The notes under the pieces are model-generated. The model was not told the DNA's origin. It worked only from the letters and a program-made list of their open reading frames with translations, and did not search any database. A DNA stretch of 64,000 nt, from positions 1-64,000 of IMG/VR virus record IMGVR_UViG_3300004255_000002; one strand, 5' to 3'. Position numbers and translations under genes: made by a program. Below are positions 26,234 through 34,305 of this stretch, piece by piece (position 1 is the first letter of the stretch; each line of letters starts with the position of its first letter). This DNA comes from a virus. Lineage: Duplodnaviria; Caudoviricetes.

Positions 26234-26848
26234 ATGTCTACAACAGAAAACACAAAGCCACAAAGCGTGGTATTCAAATTAGCGGATGAAGACCAGCGAT
26301 TAGTATTCGCAGAGGTCTACGCCCCTAACCTCCCAGACACAGACAATGACTTCATGGATGCAGAGGGCATTCAGAAGATGGCCTATAAGTTCATGACGGA
26401 TATGAACCTACGCCAGATTGATGTTCAGCACGATAACAATGCAGTAGCGGGTGCATGTGTGGTGGAGTCGTTTATAGCACGTAAAGGAGACCCAGACTTC
26501 ATAGAAGGAGCATGGGTGGTCGGCGTCCATATCGCTGACGACGAAACATGGAACAAGGTCAAGAAGGGTGAAATCAACGGCTTTAGTATGGAAGCCATGG
26601 TCACCCGCACCAAGACCCAGTTAGAGATAGAAGTACCTCCTGTCATCCGTGGGCTCACAGCTAAAGCGGCAGATGATGACCATGAGCATGAGTTCTTCGT
26701 AACCTATGACCCAGAGGGCAACTTCGTCGGTGGGCGTACAGGTATGGCAGAGGATGGGCACTTCCACGAAATCCGTAAGGGCACCACCACAGAGACCACT
26801 AATAACCACTTTCACTTGTTTAGCTTTGTAGAGGGCTTGATAGCATGA
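26234..26848 (+). CDS. prohead protease (XkdF-like)
   Basis: RLVFAEVYAP..D, IDVQHD, VVESFI, GAWV, GEINGFSME; His-rich tail. Confidence 0.85.
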   Translation: MSTTENTKPQSVVFKLADEDQRLVFAEVYAPNLPDTDNDFMDAEGIQKMAYKFMTDMNLRQIDVQHDNNAVAGACVVESFIARKGDPDFIEGAWVVGVHIADDETWNKVKKGEINGFSMEAMVTRTKTQLEIEVPPVIRGLTAKAADDDHEHEFFVTYDPEGNFVGGRTGMAEDGHFHEIRKGTTTETTNNHFHLFSFVEGLIA

Positions 26849-27015
26849 CCGACCTATTGAAAGTATTAAAGGCAGAGCCTGTGCAGAAGGTGGGTAACGG
26901 TAATAATCAGTATCAAAAGAAATACCCACGCAAAGGCTCTAAAACACACAGTACCAAAGATGAAACAGGTCTGACTCATAACTTCTATAGTCAATTAGGT
27001 GTGCGCACAGATTAA
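26845..27015 (+). CDS. 56-aa small ORF (MTDLLKVLKAEPVQKVGNGNNQY...)
   Basis: translated by hand; ATGA overlap. Confidence 0.55.
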   Translation: MTDLLKVLKAEPVQKVGNGNNQYQKKYPRKGSKTHSTKDETGLTHNFYSQLGVRTD

Positions 27016-27029
27016 ATTAGTATAAAATG

Positions 27030-27051
27030 CCTGTGCAGTTAATTGCACAGG
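27030..27051. repeat. extended TGCA-box CCTGTGCA-GTTAAT-TGCACAGG upstream of scaffold
   Basis: 8-bp perfect arms; core box 27034-27047. Confidence 0.85.
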
Positions 27052-27106
27052 TTGTTAGGTAGAGGAACTATCTGTTACATTTCATAAAACGGTTGAGGTA
27101 AATACG

Positions 27107-28300
27107 ATGGCACTAGTTACAGTAAATGCAACAAAACTGGAAGAGGCGAACGTCTCGTACATCTCATTGGTAAAACGTGGGGCAAACAGGATTCCGTTTC
27201 GTGTCATCAAGAGTGATAAACAGGAGAAAGATATGATTAATTTAGCTAGTATTTTTAAGGCCGATAAGACTGTGAAAGCTGAGAAGCCTACAGTTGGCAT
27301 TATGGGTATTGTGGTTGAGAAATGTGACCACAACGCTCAAGTACAGGAGGCTATTAAAAAAGCTGGCCTAGACTTCAACTTCATGGAAGAACGTGAAGAC
27401 GGCACTGTAGTGTTCAAAGCTACAGAAGCACCACTAGAGATGGAAGGTCTGCAAATCGTTAAGATGAGCGACGACACTGTAGTACTGATGAAAGGTTTCG
27501 ACCCCTACTCAGACATCTTGACTTTCATGGACGCCGCTAACGCACAAGGCTTCTACCCAGCAATCGGTAACGCATTTGATGCATTGCGCACAGTAACAAG
27601 CAAAGCATTGCGTGAATCAGCTAGCCCAGAAGAAGCAGTAACTAAGATGGGTGAAATCCTTGGAGAGTTTACTAAATACGTGTTAGATGCCGCTAACAAA
27701 ATACCAGCGGTGGCGTTCAAGGCTGACGACGAAGTATCTGCTACATTGAAGGCAGAGAAATCTAAGTCTAAGATTTTGACCGAGCAAGAAATGAAAGACA
27801 AAGGTATGTCTGATGTTGAAATCAAGGCATACATGGAAAAGAACAAGGTTACCCCAGCGGCTAAAGCAGATGAGCCTACAGGTACCGATGCAAGTGCTGT
27901 TACAGATACAGGCACCACAGAGACTACCGTAAAGGCAGAAGGCGATAAGCCTACAGAACCAGCTACCGATATGGCGGCAGTGATTAAAGCGGCACTAGAT
28001 GCGGCTTTAGCTCCACTAACCGAAGCACTCTCTACAGTTACAGGCGCGGTAGATGCCGTAACTAAACAAGTATCTGATATGGCAGAAGTCCAAACTACAT
28101 TGACTTCTAAAGTAGCGGAAGTAGAAACAGTAGCGAAGTCTGCTAGTGATTCTATGAAGGGTATCGTAATCGGGTCTGTACCTGCGGACGACACTCAACG
28201 TCATTCAACGACTACTAAGTCAGTGGATGATGAAGACCCTCGCACAGGGGTGTTCGACACAGCGTTCATTAGTAAGAGCGCTCGTGGCGGTAAGCGTTAA
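27107..28300 (+). CDS. capsid scaffolding protein
   Basis: lies between protease and capsid; ISLVKRGAN N-terminus; helical and low-complexity Ala/Thr/Glu content. Confidence 0.75.
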   Translation: MALVTVNATKLEEANVSYISLVKRGANRIPFRVIKSDKQEKDMINLASIFKADKTVKAEKPTVGIMGIVVEKCDHNAQVQEAIKKAGLDFNFMEEREDGTVVFKATEAPLEMEGLQIVKMSDDTVVLMKGFDPYSDILTFMDAANAQGFYPAIGNAFDALRTVTSKALRESASPEEAVTKMGEILGEFTKYVLDAANKIPAVAFKADDEVSATLKAEKSKSKILTEQEMKDKGMSDVEIKAYMEKNKVTPAAKADEPTGTDASAVTDTGTTETTVKAEGDKPTEPATDMAAVIKAALDAALAPLTEALSTVTGAVDAVTKQVSDMAEVQTTLTSKVAEVETVAKSASDSMKGIVIGSVPADDTQRHSTTTKSVDDEDPRTGVFDTAFISKSARGGKR

Positions 28301-28337
28301 TAGCTGTATTTCTTAATAAACAAATTGGAGTATTAAT

Positions 28338-29276
28338 ATGTCAACAAATCAAGACCTTATCAAGAAAGCAGACATTGCGCTAGCAGACTTGAGTTCAGAC
28401 GGTGGTTTACTTAACCCAGAGCAAACGGACAAATTCATCCGTACATTGATTGATAGCCCAACGCTATTGAATCGCGCTCGTGTGGTTACAATGAACTCAC
28501 CACAACGCAAGATTAACAAAATCGGTTTCGGTTCACGTATCATGCACGCGGCTACATCTGGCGTTGCATTAGGTTCTGGTAGCCGCTCTAAACCTGACTT
28601 AGGTCAAGTAGAGTTGAACACCAAAGAAATCATCGCTGAAATCAATATTCCATACGATGTATTGGAAGACAACATCGAAGGCGGTAATATCGGTGCGGCG
28701 TTACAACAAGGTGGTGGCGGTCTACACAACACAATCGTGCAATTAATTGCAGAGCGTGCGGCGTTAGACTTGGAAGAGTTGGGTATCTTGGGTGATACAA
28801 GCTCAGGCGACCCATACCTAGCTTTAGTTGATGGTTACTTGAAACGTGCTACAGGCCACATCGTTAATGGTGGCGGCGGCGCTATCAGTAAGAACTTGCT
28901 TAAAGCTGGTGTTAAAGCCATGCCAGACAAGTACCTACGTAACCGTGGCGCACTAGCTCACTTGGTTTCAGTGGACAATGAAACAGAATACCGTGATACC
29001 TACGCAAGCCGTCAAACAGCTTTAGGTGATGCACAGTTACAAGGTACAAGCCCATTGTTCGCATACGGCTCTAACATCTTGGCAGTGCCTTTAATGCCAC
29101 AAGCCCAAGGTCTGTTCACTGACCCACAAAACTTGATTTTCGGTGTGCAACGTAAAATCAACATCGAATTTGATAAAGATATCCGCGCTCGTACATTCAT
29201 CATCGTGTTGACTGCTCGCGTGGACTTCCAAATCGAAGAAACCGATGCAGTGGTGCAGTACACCAACATTGGCTAA
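28338..29276 (+). CDS. major capsid protein (HK97 fold)
   Basis: GGLLNPEQ..KFI, DNIEG, AERAALDLEELG..GD, DG.LK; highly biased codons; followed by terminator. Confidence 0.9.
   Translation: MSTNQDLIKKADIALADLSSDGGLLNPEQTDKFIRTLIDSPTLLNRARVVTMNSPQRKINKIGFGSRIMHAATSGVALGSGSRSKPDLGQVELNTKEIIAEINIPYDVLEDNIEGGNIGAALQQGGGGLHNTIVQLIAERAALDLEELGILGDTSSGDPYLALVDGYLKRATGHIVNGGGGAISKNLLKAGVKAMPDKYLRNRGALAHLVSVDNETEYRDTYASRQTALGDAQLQGTSPLFAYGSNILAVPLMPQAQGLFTDPQNLIFGVQRKINIEFDKDIRARTFIIVLTARVDFQIEETDAVVQYTNIG
28738..28751. repeat. TGCA-box copy (TGCAATTAATTGCA, perfect palindrome), inside capsid gene
   Basis: read directly. Confidence 0.85.
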
Positions 29277-29300
29277 TCGTAACTGATTAGTGTTAAACTA

Positions 29301-29333
29301 AAAGCTCTCGACTGTAGTGGTTGGGAGCTTTTT
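29301..29333 (+). terminator. rho-independent terminator after capsid gene
   Basis: AAGCTCTCGAC/GTTGGGAGCTT stem plus T run. Confidence 0.8.
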
Positions 29334-29352
29334 ACTTATACGGAGAGATATC

Positions 29353-30006
29353 ATGGCAGTAAACCTAAGCAAGAATGATAAGGCGCAAGCTAAAGCGCAA
29401 GCCCAACAAGCCGCTAAAGCAGGTACACAAGACCAAGCCAAAGACCAGAACCAAGCGCCAGTTGCGGCGGCAAAGGCACCAGAAGTGACCTTTCTTAAAC
29501 TAGCCCAGTTGTCTACCTACGTGCACTCAGACGGTAGCGTATTCCGTGGCGCAGACATCTATGAAGTAACCCTGCCTAAAGCGGAAGAGTTACTGGCAGA
29601 AGCGTCACCAGCAGGCGTACCATACTTTAAAGAAGTAGCAGACCCAGACGCTACAGCAGTTGTGTCTAAGATTGCTAAGGTAGCCCAAACGGTTGAACCA
29701 GACCCAGCACCAGCAGAAACAGGTGATATCACTACAGATACCCAAACTCAAGCCCAAGGCGACGTGATTGACACGACAGCAGGCGAGGACGAAGACGACT
29801 TAGGCGACGACACAATCACTATCACTCATGCAGAAGGCACTGGCGAAGGCGCTGATGAAACAGGTGAGCAAGGTGTGGTAATTGGTGAAGGTACTGGCGA
29901 AGGTTCAGAAGGTACAGGTGCTGATGCAGACAACACAGGTGAGACCGATACAGGTACAGTAGCGCTTAAAGATGCTAACGGTACTGATGTTGGTGTGACT
30001 GTTTAA
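29353..30006 (+). CDS. acidic low-complexity protein (virion-associated?)
   Basis: start 29353 (GGAG RBS); C-terminal half rich in Gly/Glu/Asp/Thr. Confidence 0.75.
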   Translation: MAVNLSKNDKAQAKAQAQQAAKAGTQDQAKDQNQAPVAAAKAPEVTFLKLAQLSTYVHSDGSVFRGADIYEVTLPKAEELLAEASPAGVPYFKEVADPDATAVVSKIAKVAQTVEPDPAPAETGDITTDTQTQAQGDVIDTTAGEDEDDLGDDTITITHAEGTGEGADETGEQGVVIGEGTGEGSEGTGADADNTGETDTGTVALKDANGTDVGVTV

Positions 30007-30024
30007 TAAGTAAAGGGGATAGGC

Positions 30025-30624
30025 ATGGCAAGCATTATAACGGCACAGGACGTAATGGGACGTATGGGCCTACCTGATGTAGACGGTGTGGTGGAGACAA
30101 TTAACTCTGCGCTAGTAGCCGCCCATGCCCGATTCCAAGGATTGTTGGACACTAAGTTCGATGAGACCCCGACTACTAAAACAGACCTATTCTTCCCAGA
30201 GTCTGACTACTTCCCAGTGGTAGAGAATAAGTACATCAAGCTAAGATTGCGCAGAGCGTTTATCAATCCAGCGGGTTCAGTGTTGGTGCGTGTGGGCAGA
30301 GAAATAAACTCTGAATCAACCACGCTAGCACCGCCTGACTACTTCGTAGACCATGAGAAAGGGATTGTGCATGTAGCGGAGAAGTACCTAGACCAGTACA
30401 TAGCCGTATCGTATCTGGCTGGCTTCACTGATACCGACAACCCAGCACCAGAGTGGTTGAAAGAGGCGATACTAGCTTACATGCCATTCGTACTTAATAA
30501 TCAGCAGTCCACAAATCGGTCTGACGAGCAAACAGGTATATCCAAGAAGATTGCCGATATGTCGGGTGATATGGTTGCTCCATACATGCGCGGATTTGCG
30601 TTTCAGTACAGGCCGATGTTCTAA
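30025..30624 (+). CDS. head-tail adaptor
   Basis: position; Y.AGF...PEWLKEAIL pattern. Confidence 0.7.
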   Translation: MASIITAQDVMGRMGLPDVDGVVETINSALVAAHARFQGLLDTKFDETPTTKTDLFFPESDYFPVVENKYIKLRLRRAFINPAGSVLVRVGREINSESTTLAPPDYFVDHEKGIVHVAEKYLDQYIAVSYLAGFTDTDNPAPEWLKEAILAYMPFVLNNQQSTNRSDEQTGISKKIADMSGDMVAPYMRGFAFQYRPMF

Positions 30625-31049
30625 TGCTTAGCGTAGGGCTTAAGCTTAACGATAAGGCACTTCATGAGCTTGCAGATAAGCTCATCCCTGCCTTAGACAC
30701 CACTGACATCCTAGATGAGGCCAGCGCCATCCTATTGAATCGGATACGTACTAGATTCCTTGCAGAGACAGACCCAGAGGGTAAACCATGGGTACAATCG
30801 CAAGCGGCTAAGCGTAGACGTGAGAAGGGCGGCACGGGTACATTGTTTGCCACAGGTAGATTGTTCAGGTCGATTCAGTTGCACTCTGTAGGTCCTGACA
30901 GTAGAGCGATTAGCACAGATGTACCGTATGCTAAAGTTCCACAGTTAGGGTTAGCAGGGCAAGAGAAGCGGGTGTACTTAGGCTTTGTGGATGAGGATGC
31001 GCGGCTAGTAGAGCGCCTATTAGAAATCAGAGTAGGAAAGGTAATGTAA
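30624..31049 (+). CDS. virion morphogenesis / tail completion protein (Mu gpG-like)
   Basis: RF..E.DP.G..W, L..TG.L..SI, YA...Q.G, R.YLG. Confidence 0.8.
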   Translation: MLSVGLKLNDKALHELADKLIPALDTTDILDEASAILLNRIRTRFLAETDPEGKPWVQSQAAKRRREKGGTGTLFATGRLFRSIQLHSVGPDSRAISTDVPYAKVPQLGLAGQEKRVYLGFVDEDARLVERLLEIRVGKVM

Positions 31050-31501
31050 TGGCACAACCAACGGCACAGGATTGTATAGATGACGTAGTAGCCAAGCTTA
31101 AGGCTTCTGGTGAGTTTGGGGTGACGGCTAATAAAGAGAAGGTGTTCACTGTTTACTCAGAGGAGGACCTATTCGATAAGTCTAAGTACGTAGAGTTCCC
31201 CGCGGTAGGTCTGATGTATGAGGGCACCCGCGCTAATGGTCTCGACCCTAGCAAGCAGGGCTTAGCCTCTGACTGCACACTTGCCATCGTCCTACTGCTT
31301 AACGGTAAGTCTGTGGGCGGGATAAACACACAGCACGAAGGGTCACGCATCCTTAGTGAGGTGCGTAAGCAGTTCAAGAATAACTGCGGTAATTCACCAA
31401 CAGGGCACAAATGGCGCTTTGTTAGTGAGATACCTGCGGGGCAAGTCAATGGCTTGTTTGTATTCATTCAACGCTGGTCTACCGCTATCATCATGACCTA
31501 G
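31049..31501 (+). CDS. tail terminator-like protein
   Basis: position before tail tube; 150 aa; PAVGLMYEG. Confidence 0.6.
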   Translation: MAQPTAQDCIDDVVAKLKASGEFGVTANKEKVFTVYSEEDLFDKSKYVEFPAVGLMYEGTRANGLDPSKQGLASDCTLAIVLLLNGKSVGGINTQHEGSRILSEVRKQFKNNCGNSPTGHKWRFVSEIPAGQVNGLFVFIQRWSTAIIMT

Positions 31502-31560
31502 AAAGATTTGGTCGGAGGAATGCGGGGCGTATAGAATCTAACCTAGTAATGGAGAGCACT

Positions 31561-31752
31561 ATGATTAACGGTATTAAAGTCAAATTTATTCGTAACCATG
31601 AGCATAAAGGTAGCCAATACCGCCATGGCACAGAATTAACAGTTACACCAGAAGAAGCTAATTTGTTCTTTAGCTTGGATGTGGCTGAGAAGGTAACCGA
31701 AGCACCAGCACCTAGAGTGACTGAGGCCAGAGGTGAAAAGGGTGCGGACTAA
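31561..31752 (+). CDS. small hypothetical protein
   Basis: ORF with GGAG RBS; start 31549 or 31561. Confidence 0.6.
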   Translation: MINGIKVKFIRNHEHKGSQYRHGTELTVTPEEANLFFSLDVAEKVTEAPAPRVTEARGEKGAD

Positions 31753-31794
31753 CCGCAAGAAGTAACTATCAACGTAGTTTATTAGGGAGGCATT

Positions 31795-32505
31795 ATGTCT
31801 ACAGAAAAGATATCAATTAACGCATTACTTGGTGATGGTGGGGCTAAACTTAACGACGGACTACGTGCCGTCCTACAAGAACTCCAAGGTTTTACTCAAG
31901 TAGTGGTTACAGGTGCGGCGGCAGGTGTGGCTATGGCAGTGGACACTATTCGTGACACTGACCACATTTGCGGTGCGGTAGTTTATACCAATGCTGGTGG
32001 TGCACCAGTTGACGGCAAGGCTAATATCACAGCACAGAGCGTGCGTGCACAAGGTACAGTTACATTGGCGGCAGTGTTGGACGGCGATACGTTCACAACT
32101 AACGACACTGTGTACACGTTTAAGGCCACACCTACAGCGGCAACAGATGTACGCTTAGCTGGCACCAACGCAGAAAACGCGGCTAAACTAGTTAAGGCTA
32201 TTAATGACCATGAGAACCGCCGTGTGAATGGCAGTCCTAACTTAGTCTTAATCAAGGCCTCAGCAGTGGGTGCAGTGGTAACTATCCGTGCGGTTCGTGA
32301 AGGTGTAACAGGTAATGACATTTCATTACTAAGCTCAAACAACACTCGCTTAGCAGTAACGGCTGGTGGCAAATTATCTGGCGGCACATCTATTGGTAGC
32401 ATCAAGTCTACAGACAACTTGACTGGTAAGACAATCGTACTGTCCTACTACTCAAAACCAGTAGCACAAGACTACAATGAGTACGACCCAGAAGAAGTAG
32501 CGTAG
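31795..32505 (+). CDS. virion structural protein
   Basis: Ala/Thr/Gly-rich beta protein; structural-gene codon bias; GGGAGG RBS. Confidence 0.65.
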   Translation: MSTEKISINALLGDGGAKLNDGLRAVLQELQGFTQVVVTGAAAGVAMAVDTIRDTDHICGAVVYTNAGGAPVDGKANITAQSVRAQGTVTLAAVLDGDTFTTNDTVYTFKATPTAATDVRLAGTNAENAAKLVKAINDHENRRVNGSPNLVLIKASAVGAVVTIRAVREGVTGNDISLLSSNNTRLAVTAGGKLSGGTSIGSIKSTDNLTGKTIVLSYYSKPVAQDYNEYDPEEVA

Positions 32506-32556
32506 TCAGGCCACGGCTGTTTAACAAAGAAATAATAGAAATCAAAGGAGTACACA

Positions 32557-33576
32557 ATGAGTACGTTTGACGGTAATAACTTCTACTTTTCAGGGCAAGG
32601 TGTTGTTCTGATTGGTAAGCGCGATGCGCAAGGTAAGTCTAAAGGCTTATCACCAGTAGGTAACGTGTCTGACTTAAAAATCAGTATCGCTACTACTAGC
32701 TTAGAGCACAAAGAATCACAAACAGGCCAACGCGGTATTGACTTACGCTTGACGACAGAAACTAAGGCCACTTTATCAGTGACTTTGGAAAACTTCGTAG
32801 CGGCTAACTTGGCACTTGCTTTACGCGGTGGCGAAACACGCAAGACTGCTGGTGCGGTTACAGCAGAAGCACCTAAGTTATACTGGGGTAAAGTAAGCCC
32901 ATTGAAATACGTGGGTGTGAGTGCAGTGGTAGTTCAACGTGGCGCACAAACTTTGACAGCGTATGTAGATGAAAACACTGCGTATGACTACAAGTTGAAT
33001 GCACAAGCTGGCTCAATCCTGTTTAACGATGGTAAAACATTGGCATTGACTACTAATGCAACTACAGGTGGTGTGGTGCCGACTGCGGTTGTTGTGGGAG
33101 CTGATACTACTATCACTGTAGCTAATACTGCCTCAGCAGGTGATTCAGTTGCGTTAGCTGGTTTCACAGGTGCAGATGCGGCATTGTTGAATAACAAGAC
33201 TCACGTTATTGTTTCAGCAACACCAACAGCCATCGTGATTGAAACAGACACTCTAGGTAAAACAATCACAGTGGGTACACCACTAGCAGTATTTGACGGT
33301 GTGGCTACAAGCATCGCTTACAACTTTGCAGGCCAGAACATTGTTGATGCATTGACCGAAGGTACCCAAGAGCGCTTCCTACGCTTTGAAGGCCTGAACA
33401 CTGCGGATGACAATGCCGCTGTGGTGGTTGAAGTGTTCAAGTTCGTAGTTGACCCAACTAAAGACTTGTCTTTGATTGGTGACGGTATCGGTCAGTTCGT
33501 ATTGGAAGGCAACGTACTAGCCGACCCATTACAACCAACTGGTTCTAAGTACTTCAAGCAAACATTGCTACGTTAA
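32557..33576 (+). CDS. major tail tube protein
   Basis: YFSGQG...VGNV...EHKES.TGQR, LRFEGLNTA, LEG.VL; internal inserted beta domain. Confidence 0.85.
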   Translation: MSTFDGNNFYFSGQGVVLIGKRDAQGKSKGLSPVGNVSDLKISIATTSLEHKESQTGQRGIDLRLTTETKATLSVTLENFVAANLALALRGGETRKTAGAVTAEAPKLYWGKVSPLKYVGVSAVVVQRGAQTLTAYVDENTAYDYKLNAQAGSILFNDGKTLALTTNATTGGVVPTAVVVGADTTITVANTASAGDSVALAGFTGADAALLNNKTHVIVSATPTAIVIETDTLGKTITVGTPLAVFDGVATSIAYNFAGQNIVDALTEGTQERFLRFEGLNTADDNAAVVVEVFKFVVDPTKDLSLIGDGIGQFVLEGNVLADPLQPTGSKYFKQTLLR

Positions 33577-33597
33577 TCCGTAACTAGTGATACACTA

Positions 33598-33628
33598 ATG
33601 CAGAGGCCTCAAAACCCTCTGCATTTTT
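33598..33628 (+). terminator. rho-independent terminator after tail tube gene
   Basis: ATGCAGAGG/CCTCTGCAT plus TTTT. Confidence 0.8.
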
Positions 33629-33649
33629 GTTTATCCTTAGGAGCCGTGT

Positions 33650-34096
33650 ATGCAAGTAGTAAAATTGTCAGACCTTATTCCCCAGACTGATACTGTAGAA
33701 GTACAGACAGGTATCAGCATCCAATTGAACCCGCTTAGCCTAGAGCAGATTGCCAAGCTATTCTGGGAGCAACAAGACCAATTCCTAGCTATCTACCAAG
33801 AAGGCACCAAAGCTGAGCCGAACTACGGCCCAATGGTACTAGCCGCCCCTCGTATGGTGGCTGAGATGATTGCTATGAGTGCAGGTCAAGAAGAACAAAT
33901 AGACACCGTACTCAATCTAGCTGGTACTGTGCAATTAACTGCACTCGCTAAAGTGTGGCGCTTATCGGTGCCCGACCCAAAAAAATTGACCGAAGCTCTA
34001 ACGGAACTAATGGGAGAGCTTCGCAAAACAAGCGCGGCAGTGGCTCAGCCAAAAGTAACAGAGAAAGAGCAATCGAAGCCTTCGAGCACGACATAG
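33650..34096 (+). CDS. tail assembly chaperone (gpG-like)
   Basis: between tube and tape measure; contains slippery site. Confidence 0.8.
   Translation: MQVVKLSDLIPQTDTVEVQTGISIQLNPLSLEQIAKLFWEQQDQFLAIYQEGTKAEPNYGPMVLAAPRMVAEMIAMSAGQEEQIDTVLNLAGTVQLTALAKVWRLSVPDPKKLTEALTELMGELRKTSAAVAQPKVTEKEQSKPSSTT
33930..33943. repeat. TGCA-box copy (TGCAATTAACTGCA), inside chaperone gene
   Basis: read directly. Confidence 0.85.
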
Positions 34097-34302
34097 CCTC
34101 ATCAATCTCTATCCTACTAAGGGATGGATTTACCTTGGATAAGGTTCTGAGATTGTCCTTGCGGCAGATTCAGGGCTTTATTAGTCTGTCTGTAAAAAGT
34201 AAGGCCAGTGAGGACCTAGCGCTGGCTTTAATTATTAGGATGGCTCATCATGCAGATGGAAAGAAGTTCAAGGAATTTATGCAAGCCTTAGATAAGGAGT
34301 AG
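33955..34302 (+). CDS. gpT-like frameshift extension of chaperone
   Basis: -1 frame relative to 33650 ORF; ends 3 nt before tape measure. Confidence 0.7.
   Translation: MALIGARPKKIDRSSNGTNGRASQNKRGSGSAKSNRERAIEAFEHDIASSISILLRDGFTLDKVLRLSLRQIQGFISLSVKSKASEDLALALIIRMAHHADGKKFKEFMQALDKE
33976..33985 (+). other. -1 ribosomal frameshift site
   Basis: C CCA AAA AAA in frame 0 fits X XXY YYZ; -1 frame open to 34302. Confidence 0.75.
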
Positions 34303-34305
34303 ACC

